DNA from: Tubiluchus corallicola
Lineage: Eukaryota; Animalia; Priapulida
Direction of reading: 5' to 3'
DNA: 64,000 nt
NCBI GenBank assembly: GCA_030141605.1
Contig: JAQGDQ010000187.1
Location: forward strand, 124,001 to 188,000
How positions within the stretch are numbered: the stretch's first letter is position 1; each line of letters opens with the position of its first letter. Made by a program: the position numbers and the translations under genes. Shown here one piece after another: positions 29,209 to 42,569 of this stretch. Under the pieces are notes generated by a model that saw only the letters and a list, made by a program, of their open reading frames with translations, was not told the DNA's origin and did not search any database.

Positions 29209-29402
29209 ACAGACACATTGAAGCCCGACTTATTCATGGGGAGCGGCTATCGTAGAGCTTCTGATTTTGGACCTATATACGAGGAGGAAGGGCGGCTGGT
29301 GATAAAGAATCTTAGACAGTGGCAATTAAAGAGACACAGTCTTCCAATTGTACGCATACAACTCAAGATAGGACCAAAACTGCCAAGATCAAAGGATGAT
29401 GG
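29209..29402 (+). CDS. Probable coding exon, candidate alternative N-terminal exon of the same PDE4 gene
   Basis: Acceptor TTTTCTTCATTAG| and donor GG|GTAAGT, with an open frame throughout. ATG at 29236 gives MGSGYRRASDFGPIYEEEGRLVIKNLRQWQLKRHSLPIVRIQLKIGPKLPRSKDD(G), containing PKA-like motifs RRAS and KRHS; ends in phase 2. Confidence 0.65.
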
Positions 29403-31170
29403 GTAAGTGTACACATGTTAGTGTTTACACGTGATCATCAAACCATTATTTTTGTTTTTTTAACTTAGTGTGCATTGTTTATAAACAATAGTTTTTAAAC
29501 ACGGCAGCTTACTTTTATAAATTGAGGAGCCTTACTTTTGATAAACTTGTAGTAATTAGAGGAGTAACATCGGTTGTTCACTGGAAGAGTTTTAATGTCG
29601 TTACTGTTTTTAAGAAATGTGTATTACAATTTTGAACTCCACTCATTTGACCAGATATCAGAGTCAGTCTTGGTTTGGATTCAATTCTTGCGTTGTGGAA
29701 CCTCAGATGTAAGTTAAGTGAATCAAAATTTTTTCGTCGGACAATAATAATTATAAATGTTGCCATGTTTTAGATGGCAAGAACATTAAAAAAATGAATT
29801 GTATATACAATTTCGAACGCTAATTTAAACACGTGCGATTACCATTCTTACATGCGTGACGCTCTCTATTTTTCTGTACAGAACTTTATTGAAGTGTTGA
29901 CCTTCTCTGTGCCTCCTACGTTGATTTTTCAAATGCTGAGCAGAATGTTGTATCATTTTGTATTTGCTTATATATACATTGCGTTCACATAATACACATT
30001 AATTATTATGTATTATTAACTGCGCCTAGCGTACAGTTCTCTGTTAGCTTTTCCAGAATCAGCCTAGCGCATAGTTTGACATAAATCAGTAAACTGTTTG
30101 ATCGGTGCTTGAGTTTACTAAGTTATCAGTTTTTCCCAAAAATCATAATCAGGCTGAAGCATTTAGAGTTACCGTTTAGACTCTGCTTCTCAATAGTGGC
30201 CAGATCCGTCAGTAGATGGCGGTTGCTGCAAGGAATGTTGAGTTAGCTGAAAGATTTTGTGCTGTGAATTTAGAAACTCGCCTTTGCAATTTGTCATTCT
30301 TGCTGGCATTTCTAATACAATTCAGTAAAATATCCAGGTGGATATGTTAGTTATTCGCAATTATCCACAATAAAAGTTAAATTACGCATGTGATTGTTGA
30401 CTACTACAATTGCTACGTCAAAAACTTACATTTGATTCTGCTTGCAATAGATGGCAGCAAAATATCGCAGTTTTATGAATACCACTAACTATTGTTTCTC
30501 TGTCACATGGTTTCGCAAAATGGCTAAAAATTGTAGTTTGTTAAAACTTATTATAGTAGTAAAAATTCTATTCACGTTTTACCTGTGCCAGGGGCAAAAT
30601 CAAGAAAAATAGCTTCGTACACAGAGTCTCAAGTGTCTTACAAGGTGTGCGAACGCACTGACATTGGGATATTAAAACGACGATGGTTAACATTTTATGA
30701 TTTGATAAATAACTAAAACAAAAGATTTCTAAAAGAAAAAAAGATTTAATTATGGGAACAAGTCACATATTTGACATAGTGGCTAATAGGAAATGGCAAG
30801 AAATCGCAGCATTTCATCCTGAAGAGCAGAAAAGCTAGCATGAGCGATGTTAAGAGGATTAACTTTTGCTGCGCTTGTTCCTGCTAGGTGTTCTTTTAGG
30901 ATTCTGAGTAAGCTCCTTACAGTATGCTTTGATCGCAACATGATAATGGTGCAATGTAGATCTATAATTGTATATTACCCTAAAGTTACCGTAATATTGA
31001 TCATTTATGCCAACTACATTTTCATAGTTGACGCTTGTATCTCAATAAGTAAATAAAGTAGGAATTAGGCATAAACTGATAAAATTAAAAAGCAATGAAG
31101 GGCGGAACATAGAACACGAAAAACAAAGATATCAATAATTTATACAGCACATCTAACGGTTTGTAAAGCT

Positions 31171-31561
31171 AAGCTTGGGTCGACCTGCGAAGCGATGCCA
31201 CTCGCCTCAACTGACAGGAAACTGTCAGAGACACACGTGCGACTGATTTCGAGTAACAACTAGGTCCAGCTGCTGCAAAACTGCTCAGGTCGACAAGACT
31301 GAGTGCACTTGAATGAAAAAATCTAGGACCAAACCAGGTGACCAGACCACAATCATTGTCGAACAATGCTCAGGTTAAAACTTATTGGATACCGTATGCC
31401 GCGAGTAAAACAGAATCAACTCACTGGAAATCAGTTGCGCTGCGTAGAGTTGCTTCGTAAGCTTGTATATGTTGATAAGATATACTCGGAACTAGAGGCG
31501 TACCGTATGCGCCAGCTGCCCAGTCCTCAGTTGCGTTGTGTCACAAGGTCGACCTAAGCCT
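31171..31561. mobile_element. About 390-bp MITE with 16-bp imperfect TIRs
   Basis: AAGCTTGGGTCGACCT at the left end and AGGTCGACCTAAGCCT at the right (14/16 inverted match); internal AGGTCGAC, CAGTTGCG and TACCGTATGC repeats. No clear TSD. Confidence 0.7.
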
Positions 31562-34500
31562 GCCTTAAGGCTACCAAGCAATGCCAAATCAGCCTGAGAA
31601 CTCCGCATCTTTTCCAGCAGCAGCCAAATGTTTCTTTCATTTTAGGTATCTTGGGTATCCCTAAGATTGAGGAATAAAAATTGTTTGGCTTGCACTGCAT
31701 GTATTTTCAATAGCACTGGGCAATACCAGTAGATCTTAGGTATGAGGTGAAAAACAGAGAGAGAGATAGAGGAGACGGAAGTCAATATAGAAGAGAAACG
31801 GTATTATTATATTATCAGATAATTGCCCGAAATTTCACGATACGCACACGAAGCTATTACCTTATTTCTGGACTGTTATTACAAATTATCGGCTGATTTT
31901 ACTTTCTCAAAACTCACTTGTTTTCGCGTGTTTTTATGACATGTATTTTTTTTCAAGTAAAACTTGCATTTGGGAGGCAAATTTCACTAATTTATACTGT
32001 AAAAGCAAATTTTATTTATTTGTGATTTTAATAAAGTTTGTTTTATAAATTAACAAAATGGTATTTTATTGAATTCCTAGTACGCCCGACTTTCGACGCT
32101 TTTTCATTATTTTATTCATTTCTCAGTTTGTCTATAATTATTGCACTTTTACAAAAATGTATTTTTTAGCATTTTAGCTGCGTCATTCATTGTTTTAGTT
32201 TTTAATTTAAAGGCTAATATTATAATACTATATGCACTTCTCTGTTAAAGTAGCTTGTTAATCATCGCAACATTAGCTTATATATTGAGTAAGAAGCAAT
32301 AAAACTAACAATAGGAAAAACTAATAACGAATGGCAACTTACAGTAAGTACATGGTTTCTAATTGTAAAGGAAGTTGATTTATATAATTTATATGTGCTT
32401 ATGATACCCAAGATAATTTTATTGTGACGGGCGTAACAGTCCTTAGTGTATAACTGGATTTCCTGCGCATTTAACTGTAGTGATTAAGTGCATTTGAGCT
32501 TACTTAGTTTAGTAGCGAAAATTTATATTGAAATTCGATATATGCCAACTGCATCGTTTGTGTACGAGAGTGACAGCTGAGTATCTATAGGTTGCTGTAA
32601 CCGCTTGAAAACTACTTCTAGGTTGGTTTTGCTTGCCTAACTGTCTTTGGCTTTTTCTTTCGTTGCAGACGAATGTAGTGTTCCTGTGGATCGTGGCTAA
32701 GACGGTACTCAACGGTAGGGTCTACTTTTTGTAGCAATAGTTGTGGCAGATAAGATACTGAGCTACAGTCAGATGTGTGTACCTTTCCACGAAGAGAGCT
32801 ATATAGCCACAAGCAGTATACTATACGAAACCGCCCAAATGCAGTTTTCTTGGCCCATTTATCACCCATTTATCGGTTGTAACCTTTTATAATCTATTGC
32901 AACCTATTATAACCAGTTGTTGTTTGACTTCGCAGCTGGGCATAAAGCAGCACTACTCGCCTGTCACTTTGCCCTGCGTGATACGTGATATTAAAACGAA
33001 ATGAAACAAGCTGAAGAGGAAACGGCCTTCTTTACGTTTTTGTTTCTTTATTCTTAACTGCGGGCAAGTATTAGGATGATTTTGATTAATACGCAAACTA
33101 GAGTTTAGCTTCAAAATACTGCATGACTGTTTATTTTATTGTGATCTTTACTGTCCTTATACATTTGAGTTCTTCTTCATGAATGCCTTCACAGCAAAAT
33201 AAATTTCTGGCTTCTGAAATTACGCATCTCATGTGGCCAACCATTTGGAAATGGATTTCTCTCAATTACTGAACAAACATTAATTACCCACATGTAGCTA
33301 GAAACCTGTTTACGGATACGGCCAGATAAATTCGTCCGCTTGTTCAAATGACAGTGTACAAACATCTTTATGCAAACAAATATATGTAATTCTCCATGCA
33401 GTCCTTTCCGAGCAAACACAATTGACTATAGATGGCATTAAACATTGTCTTAGATTGTTTGATGATCGATGGTTTTGTGGTTCGAGTTCCTAATTATTTT
33501 TATCCTGCCTAGCCTGTCAAACAATTTATGAAAATCCAAAAACAACGCAATTCTTTAATGTCTAATTTTAACATCTCATGAATACCAAGTGGTGATAATT
33601 CGTAGTATTTTTTGGGCTGAGCAAGACGCGAGTAACGCTGTAGAATTTTCGCACTGCACGAATGAAGCTGCTTTAATTTGATTTTAAATTATTTTGTTTT
33701 TGTAGTTAAAAGTGCCCTTGTAGGACAAACAATCTTTGTAATTTGAAATAGTTTCTTTCAATTTCTCTTTCGTGTTCAGTTTGTCGGTAGAAAAAAATTT
33801 ACAATTTTTTTTGCCATACTTAAAATCATGCACCTTATGCAGCTGTATTATGGCTGAGGGTCAGTAAACATCTAATAAGTTGTTAGATTTCTTAGTTGAG
33901 TTATCTTGATATATTTTCATGTAGCTATAAAAGTTACTTGAAGAATAATCAACACTAAAATGATAAAATTGTTGGGCACGTAATTTCCAAACAAATTATT
34001 CGTGTCAGAAGTTAAGTGAGCAACCACGTATAAAGTAAATAAAAGCATCAAAGTGCTGCTTCATCAGCGGGGGATCTTGGTACTCTTTAAAAAGCAAGAC
34101 CTTTATTTATTTTTTCTCATGCTACACAAAAGCTGTTATACAATTGCGCGTGATAAAGGTAATAATAACAACTTTGATGTCAAACAAAACTGCAGGATGC
34201 CTAACTTTATAAGACGTAATAGCTCTAAGTTTTTTTGTCCATCACTTTTCATGTACAAACCATTATTATGTGTAATTTTCTCCATTTGAGCTTTTCCCGG
34301 CAGAACTGAATATATACGTAGTGGAGAAATAATGTCATGAAGTATTGTTGCAGATGTGCATGAAAAGGAGTGCTGCTGAGGGATAGGGTCTCGCATACAT
34401 TTTCAATTTTCTCCTTAGCTTTGAAATCAAGATGAAAGCGGAGAACTATCAATCTCAGTAATAATAATTAAGCCACAATAATTATAAATTGAGTAGTAGT

Positions 34501-36353
34501 ATGTTAAAGTCTAGTAATGTGTGATATTTGTACACTTACTTCTTACCATTTTCCTATATTAATAATTAAAGAATCATATTAAATAATTATAATACTATAT
34601 AATATATTATAAGATAACTTATGGGGGGGATCATACAGACTTAGATAACGCAATTACCCAGAAAAATGCTTAACTTTGAAATCGACTGTTACAAATAGAC
34701 CAATAAAGCTTCATATACCTATATAAGAAGTGGTTTCATGGCAATGAAGTTTGTATTCTGTTCATTTAGCAGTGCCTTGTCGTCATTTCTTCGTGCATGT
34801 AAAAGTAGATTGTAACACTTAAGTTATCATTGAATCGTTGATTAGTATCATAAAGAAAACGTGCGACGTAGATTTCATTATGCAGGCATAGCCAAGCAGA
34901 ATAGCGTGTGATCGATATTATTATTTTAAAGCTTCCTACATGAATGACGCCTATGTAAGGAAGTAACAGGAAAGTTTTTATTATAAAAACTGCATAATTC
35001 CAAGAATGAACGTTAACCATATCATAATATAATTGCATGCAGTTCTTGCGGCACGAAAACGCCCTTGACAAATTCTAAATTCTAAGTTTCTTGTAAATTA
35101 AATGTGCATATTCATTGCATCGATCCCCTCTCTGTTCCCTTCAGTTTTCACCAAATCAGTTGAATTCGACGTTCATGGTCGCATATAATATTGTACGTGG
35201 ACACCAATAAATTGTTCTTTTAGTCACAATTTGGTGTTACAATTTTGTTATTTTATATAATCATTTATACATGTAAAAAGACGTAATCATTTAAAACCAA
35301 TTAAAACTTACGATACTCATATTTTCGATGCAAGCGCGTCTGTTTATTGAAAGTATCTTCTCCTTCAAGTGCAAACTTGCTGATATTGTCTGTCCAACGC
35401 CGTCCATTTTTGAATTACAGCAGGAATACTCTTCAAGATTACTTAATTTAAGATTAAAATGTCTTAAAAATTAAGATTTTCCCATTAGTCCAGAACATTT
35501 GGCCTTTATTTGTTACTGGTTAACGCTCTCCATAGATATTATAATGATAGGTATAATCATTATTGTTGTTGTGGATATTATCATTATTATAATTATCTCC
35601 CAGACACTCAAACCACAACAACAACAACAGCAGCAACGTGAGTGTTCTTTAGTGAGGGCACTTCACTTAAAAGATTCCCTGCGACTGAAGCTCAGGTCTT
35701 TCACCGAGCAAAAAGTGAGTGTTTTATGGAGTTAATTAAAGCTTACTTTGCTACTTGACCTTAATTGGATCGTCATTATTACCGGATGTAATTTTGAAAA
35801 AGCTAATACGTTTTAATCCTACACTTTGTAGCTGCTTCCTAAGACATCTTTAGTATGAGTGATGAAAATAAGTAAAACCATTTCATAGATTTTAAAACTC
35901 GACTAAACGCTGTAGATAATTAGTGGTATTATAAACGATTTCCGTGTGATTTGTTGCAGGGAGATATATGTGTTCGAAGATTGTAAATGGATTACCTTAT
36001 TTTGTAAATGCATGCATAAATTTTATCGTTTTATAAGTTTTTGTGCATTAGAGATTTCAACGATGGAGACGTTAACTGAGTTTTGATAAAAATTTCACTT
36101 AGTAAAAACTTGAAAGTAAATCGATAAAACCAAAAACATTTGCAATAATCAAGTTTGTGTGAGTCACAATGAGAATATTTTGTATATTTTCTGATTTGCA
36201 GCAGTTTTTTTGTAAATTCACCAAATGTGTTTATGAAATTTTTCGTGTTTTGCTATGATCAGATCTTAATGTTATTTCCTTCTCAGTGTAATGCCACTAA
36301 TGTGAATCCATCAAAAAAGTGTGATTGTGTATAATAATTCTGTTAATCATTTA

Positions 36354-36432
36354 ACTACGTTAAAAACACCGGTTCTCGTCTGATCACCGAAGTTAAGCAA
36401 CGTAGAGCCTGGTTACCAGGTGCTGTAGGCTT
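36354..36432 (+). pseudogene. 5S rRNA-derived fragment, 5'-truncated with an internal deletion
   Basis: AAAACACCGGTTCTCGTCTGATCACCGAAGTTAAGCAACGTAGAGCCTGGTTA..CCAGGTGCTGTAGGCTT matches animal 5S rRNA; the GTACTTGGATGGGTGACCGCCTGGGAATA segment (~29 nt) is missing. Confidence 0.92.
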
Positions 36433-36957
36433 GCGGGATGCCCATACTGTATCTCGACACTAGGTGAGGAGTTGCACAAGCAGCCAACGGCTAGAGGGCG
36501 GAGGAGGTCAAGTGACCCAACGGCCATGTGTAGAGGAGTAAACCTTCCAAATCAAGAGTGGAGCCCCGAAGGCGGACCAGTGTGCAGCATGCTCACTGAC
36601 TCCGACAGTTCTTACAGCCAACTTGGTGCCAAACGTATCGCTCCGCTTTCCTTTGGACTACACCAGGGAGGAAGAGAGGGGGTTCCTGTTGTCTGAGCAA
36701 CTCAGGATCTCCATACACCTTGCCCAGGCATGTGCCCTGGAGAGGCCACTGCTCCGGTGACAGCACGGGAGGCAGCAGTTAACGAGTTATAAGCCTAGCG
36801 AATTCGCGTGAGCTCGGGCGCTTTGGGCTGTCTAACTGCCGTTCAAGGATCGGACTGCCAGCCACAGTCGACGCTGTGGCTCCATCAATGTGATTAATAA
36901 CTGACTCTCTATGCGCACACTCCATTGTCTTCCGAGACAGAAGGATGCCAGCAACAA
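36356..36957 (+). mobile_element. 5S rRNA-headed SINE-like retroposon (SINE3-type) with an 11-bp TSD
   Basis: AATCATTTAAC flanks both sides (36345-36355 and 36958-36968). 5S-derived head to 36432, GC-rich ~500-nt body, 3' stem-loop TGTCT-TCCG-AGACA and a short CAA-like tail. Confidence 0.85.
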
Positions 36958-38304
36958 AATCATTTAACAGAGTGAATACACCTTGTCAACAACAATATTC
37001 CATTTCCGCTTTCACAAATAATTCGATAAATAAATGTGTGGCTAGAATAGCCATCTCCATTTCCGTTGCAAGTTACGTATCTTGACTAACATCTAATTAA
37101 CTGGCGATACTGGATCAACAAAAACGCCAACTTTATTACATACCTATCTTAGTAACACGGATAACTGAGTCCCATCTTGTTAAAATACCTGTTACGGCCA
37201 TTAGATGTAGTTACTTTTGAATTAGACTCAGGATTATTGTTATTATTCAGTATATTGTTATAGTGGGCCTAAGTCACCCTCTACAGGCATATATACCGCC
37301 TATGCACACTACAAGCAGTACGAGTCATCTTAAAATAACTGCTTTCAAAGTCTCAAACCAGATTATCATTATTACCCGCGCCAAGTGTATTAGATACATG
37401 GGTAGTATCTTAATTTAATTCATTTACTATACGTGTTCATCTGAAAAAAGGGATTACTTAAGTAGAGTGTTTGCTGCTTAGTCGAGCTCAATTGACAACA
37501 AATGTCAAAATAAATTTTTGCGGATAGTGACTTTTTGTGAGGGCTTGAATTTGCAGCTCTGAAAATAACTATTATCTCATTAGCTTCGTCTTAGAATCAC
37601 AACGACAGATTAATTTGTTCAGTTAAATCTGGCTTTGTCACTGGTTTGTCTATTGCAAACAAAAAGATACGAATTACGGCGCACAATATATACACCTGAG
37701 CCATTATTATTGTTATGATCATGACTGTTTCTGAGAGGCTGCACTATAAAACTCCACAATACTTAAGATAGTGCTGCACTAAGCACTGCCTGATCAATAC
37801 AAGCTGGAGGACGTCATAGGATATTACCAACAACTTTACTTCTATTCAGTGATGGTCTACGTGGCTTAGTGTTCTCGCAGACCGAGAGATCACGTTCGAA
37901 GGAGGAACTAAGTCATTAGGTTAGATTTGGTGATGAATTGCTTCTGTGATTTGAGTAAAATTCGTTTCCGTGCCTCTTGTCAGCCTTAAACAAGTATGAC
38001 ATTAATATAGATGCGCGTACTTCCGCAATTCTAAAATGCCGCTTGTCTTTTTGAGATACTGAAGTGTTAAAAGTGTCTGATGTTTATGTGACATGCAAAG
38101 ATAATTACTTTGACATATATCTTGCGCTGTGATGCTGTTGTCGTGTATAGATAACAATAGCATCCTTTTGTAGAAGCACGGCGAATAGCTAACGAAAGCA
38201 CATTTTTCAGCGCCAGAAGCAATAAAATTCATCAACGTAGTGAAGCTGCTAACATAGGCCTAACTTCTGTTATTATATATGTAAATATTTTCTTCGTATT
38301 TGGG

Positions 38305-39123
38305 AGTATCTACCCATTTTGCTAGTGGAAAGTTTACCCGTGGTGCACTTCGTCAGTGATGCACTTCGCCAGTGGTACAGTTCGCCAGTAGTACAGTTCG
38401 TCAATGATACATTTTGCCAATTCACATTTCGCCAATAATATGTCTGCAATAAGTTATTACCTTATCGTCTAACAAATTGCTTCAGTTTACCAGAGATACA
38501 TTTCACAAGGTAAAAAATTCTCTGCTATATGTCCTTACCTTATTCCCTTAATAAAATTGTTACAGTTCGCCAATGCACACTTCGCCAGTAGTATACTTTG
38601 GCAGTACACGTTTTGCCAATAAAATTTCACTGTTACATTCAACACCATTTGCCTTTCTGAAAAACATTTGAGAAGAACCTCAGTGCCAGATAAAAGCTTT
38701 AACGACGCAAAATGTGAAGAGTTTTCAAGTTTGTTTGTTTGCTGTTGTTTTTGCGCTTAGAAATATCACCTTGCCCGAAACGCATACTACTACCTACACA
38801 GTCTTGGTTAGACTGAAACAAAATAAATAAATAAAATGTATATTGACATTAAACGTATAAAGCCAAAACAAAAAACATTTATTACAGTATTTTCACTAAC
38901 GAAGTGTACACGGGCAAATTGAAACATTTATCAAATAGAAGAGTGAGAGATATCGATACAGCAGGGAATTTTTACTGGCGGAATGAACCAGCGAAACGAA
39001 ACATGTGTTAAAGTATAAAGTAATAACATAGTGTAAAAACTTTACTGGCGAAGTTTGTACTGAGGAAATGTACCGCTAACTGTATTACTAGCTGTTTGTA
39101 CACAGGCGAAGTGACCTTCATTC
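38305..39123. mobile_element. Foldback/MULE-like non-autonomous DNA element with subterminal CA(C/T)TTCGCCAGT arrays
   Basis: Left arm has repeated TTCGCCAGT, right arm the inverted ACTGGCGAA. ATTTGGG is directly repeated at 38298-38304 and 39124-39130 (possible TSD). Confidence 0.7.
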
Positions 39124-39239
39124 ATTTGGGGACAACCATGGTTTGCTACCTGTGCTTGGTTGTTTGTTTCGTTCATTTAAGTTGATTTTTCTAGGTTCGT
39201 CAAGTATTTTTTGACAGACTTAAAGTCGGAAACCAGCAT

Positions 39240-39445
39240 TTAATGGCTCCATACACTTGATCGTGGCGATACCGAGCCCTCATTATAAAGACTAAGGCTC
39301 TAAGATGACGATATAATCAGATTTAGTATGTAAAATGAAACATCCCGAGGGAGTATACAGCCCAGGTAGTCATGAAACATTCATCGACCAGCCTCGCGTT
39401 GCTTAACTTCAATTGTGACGAACACGCTTTTCAGAGTCGACTGTT
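39240..39445 (-). mobile_element. Second, older 5S-derived SINE remnant with a different body
   Basis: Minus strand TGAAAAGCGTGTTCGTCACAATTGAAGTTAAGCAACGCGAGGCTGGT...TGACTACCTGGG resembles 5S, followed by CTGTATACTCCCTCGGGA. Confidence 0.55.
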
Positions 39446-40250
39446 CACATGGCTTCAAAAATAGGTAGCAAAAATATTTTTGTTTGCAACAGTAAGTGTG
39501 GTAATTATATTAATATACTTGATACTAGCAATAGGCCTAATATGCTGCTTGATCGTGTACGTACTTTCGCGTATTTGGTTATAAGTTTAACAATATAACT
39601 ATTTGTTGTACATGTAGAGGGAATTGACAGTGCAATGAAATTTTGATTTGTGTCTCACCGAACGGCCATTCATTAATGTTCTGCACCTGCGTCTGAATCC
39701 CAAGCCAAACCCAGTGACTGTGTAGAATTCCCATTACAGTAGCCTAAGTTAGATCGTCTTATCCTTTTCAGAATTTCAGGTTGTGTATTGTAGGTAATTT
39801 TCTAAGCGTTTTTATGATCACAGGTATTTTCTTTTTTAATGCATCTGACTTATATAAAGGCTACACAGAGTCACTGACATTATAAGTAAGACTATCTCTA
39901 TAGAACTATTGATAGTTTAGTTAATCCTTTTCTGTAGGTCATGCGTTAGTTTTTTGGCTTTACCGCAACTGTTTCAGTTGCATAAATATTTGGTTTTAGT
40001 GCTTTTACACATTCGCAATATGTAAGTGTCACATTTGCAAATATTTGTTTGTGTTATATGCTTTTTAAGACTATATAAGCTTTTCTCCAGACAAGCCCAT
40101 TTCCGTTATGTTATTAGCTATATTTTTACTTGTAATTTAGTCTCTATGCTGTAACCCTAGAAAGTAGCTCTGCACATGAGTGTAGAGTACATCATTCACT
40201 TCACTTCCTGCAGTCTAATCAACTTGTCTAATTTGCCAATGGTGACCGAT

Positions 40251-40352
40251 TTACATTAATTCGTTCTGTAATTCGTAGTTATAACAGCCTGGAGACAGCT
40301 GGCACATTAATTCCTCGAGTAATTCGTAGTTATAGTTGGACGCAGACAGCTG
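40251..40352. repeat. About 51-bp imperfect tandem duplication
   Basis: ACATTAATTC...GTAATTCGTAGTTATA...AGACAGCTG occurs twice in tandem. Confidence 0.8.
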
Positions 40353-42569
40353 TAATTTTATTACTAATAGTGATCAACTAATAATAGTGATTTAACGAAG
40401 CGTTTTTATCACGCTGCCTTTCAGACTAATTAGAATTACTAGGTGTGATGGAAGCACTCAAGGTAAAGGTGCAGTCAGGGGAAAATATTTTGCTTCATCT
40501 CACTTGCAGTACATAAGCTACTTTATTTATGGGTTGGTCATGTAATTGCATAAATACGAGGAAAAATCTTCACCATACAATAAAACACTGTTACGTTTAC
40601 AAGAAACTATCATATACACATATTCAACGTATAAGATAATAATGCTTTAAAGTGAGCATAGGATATTCGTTTGTTAATTGTTTTGATTATTTTTGTGTTT
40701 TTGGAGAACGGGTTCAAAGTTGCATACGCTCTTAACGTAACAAATTTTGTTAAGGAATCAAATATTTTGGTTACTATTATTATTTTAATTATTACTATCA
40801 TCACCACCACGACCATCATCATCAATATTATTAGGTTTGTTGACTAAGAAATAAAAATAAAAAAACACGAAAGCGATGGCGTAAGGCAAAAATAATAGTC
40901 GACAGACGTCTTTTGGATATTTAAAATAAATTAAAATAATGACATTAGTAAACAGTTGAGCATTTTAAGTAAATAGTTCAAGTGAAGTGAAAAGAAATAT
41001 GTAACGGTCAGACGAAAAGTTACTTATTACACTGAGAACTACGATTTTATACCACTGTATATAATGTTATATACTGTTATATCAGACTGTAGAAACACTG
41101 TACAATTTCCAGTGTTTTTTTAGTGTTTTTGTTGATGTACTTACCAGTTATAAATTTTATTAATATGTGATCAAGAAATCTTTAAGTTTTTACCCTTTTC
41201 ACTCGTAACTAAGATTTCATTTTCATTTTTCAACGTAATCCTCCAACCCGTTATGCAAAACCTCTTCAGAGTATCCAGAGTATTTTACCCAGACTGCTAC
41301 TTGCAAATATTCCTATAGATAGTTTACATGTAGTTGCGAAAGGGTCACCATTTATCAAAATACTTGTTATAGTATAGTGTTCCAAGTTTAGTCTATTTAA
41401 GCGAAAGTAGTATTTTGGCCCGTTTATACATAAGGCGGGAAGCCGCGCGGTACTGAAAAAAGAGATCTCTACACACGTGCTTATGAAGATATAAAGTGCT
41501 TATGAAGATATAGACATTGCACGAAACAATAATATTGGAAGTGGAAGAAAGTCCAATATTATATGATAAAAGCCTAGCTGAGTACAAAGACAGTACATTA
41601 TCCTTTTGAAAAGCTCAACGTTGTCCTGAGAGCAGGTTGTAATTTTTAAAGTAAGTTGTGATTTAACTTTTTAAATACATTTCGTTTCTCCGAATTGTGA
41701 ATGATAGTCTACTACTTTTACACTGGGAAGCCTTTGACAGTATTTATTAACTGATATCTATCTTTATTTCAATTGGTGTTTACGGTTTTTAAAATCGATT
41801 TCATTGATATCAACATAGTAAGCATACTCGCTATATCTTAAATTGTTCTGCTTTTTGTAATGGACAGCCTAACAAGACTGCTTGTAGTTTTTTGCCCCTG
41901 TTTAGTTCGGTCAGCTAGGTTTTGTCTCCTTAATAAGCTCGTAGTGAGCCTCGCACGCGCTAGGCGATTTATCCTTTCAAGACATTGAAGCTGTCTAGCG
42001 GTGTTTTTACCAATATTGATGCTCCTAGTGAAAGACTTTCTTGCGGCTCGGACATCACTTGTATAGCCTGTTTCGCTCTTGAATGGAGACAGAAAATGAG
42101 ATCGTCCTGAGTGTCTTCCCTTAAGTGAAAAACAAAACTGATTGCACTATGTTCGCTGACAAGAATTTAATTAGGAAGCTAGGCAGTTTCAAAAGAACAG
42201 AATTGCTGCGTTTCGAAAGGAAGTTGGTGGTTAAGTTCTTATTGTAAAAGCTTGGTTAAGTACTTGCCACAGTTGCTTGCTTAAGTGAACTTACCATTAT
42301 TAGTGCGGGATAACAGTTGGTCAGACTTGGCCTTAAAGAAATGATTCAAAACAACTTTCTATCACGCCACCAGTGTAGGTCAGTTTGTAAAGCGACCTTG
42401 CGTGGCATAGGTACAACATCTTTTTTCTTCAAAAAAGTCTCAAAAGTTTTGCAATATTTTTATTTTTGAGTAAGAAAATGCTATATATTATAGTAAAGTA
42501 GTCATATAATCAAAGGTGCCATGGTCTCCTAGGGAGCCCGAATAAATAAATAAAGTTTTGCTGTTTGAA

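Noticed and set aside
36354-36432. Functional 5S rRNA gene
   Set aside because: 5' end and box C are missing, there is no oligo-T terminator, and it sits inside a TSD-flanked insertion.
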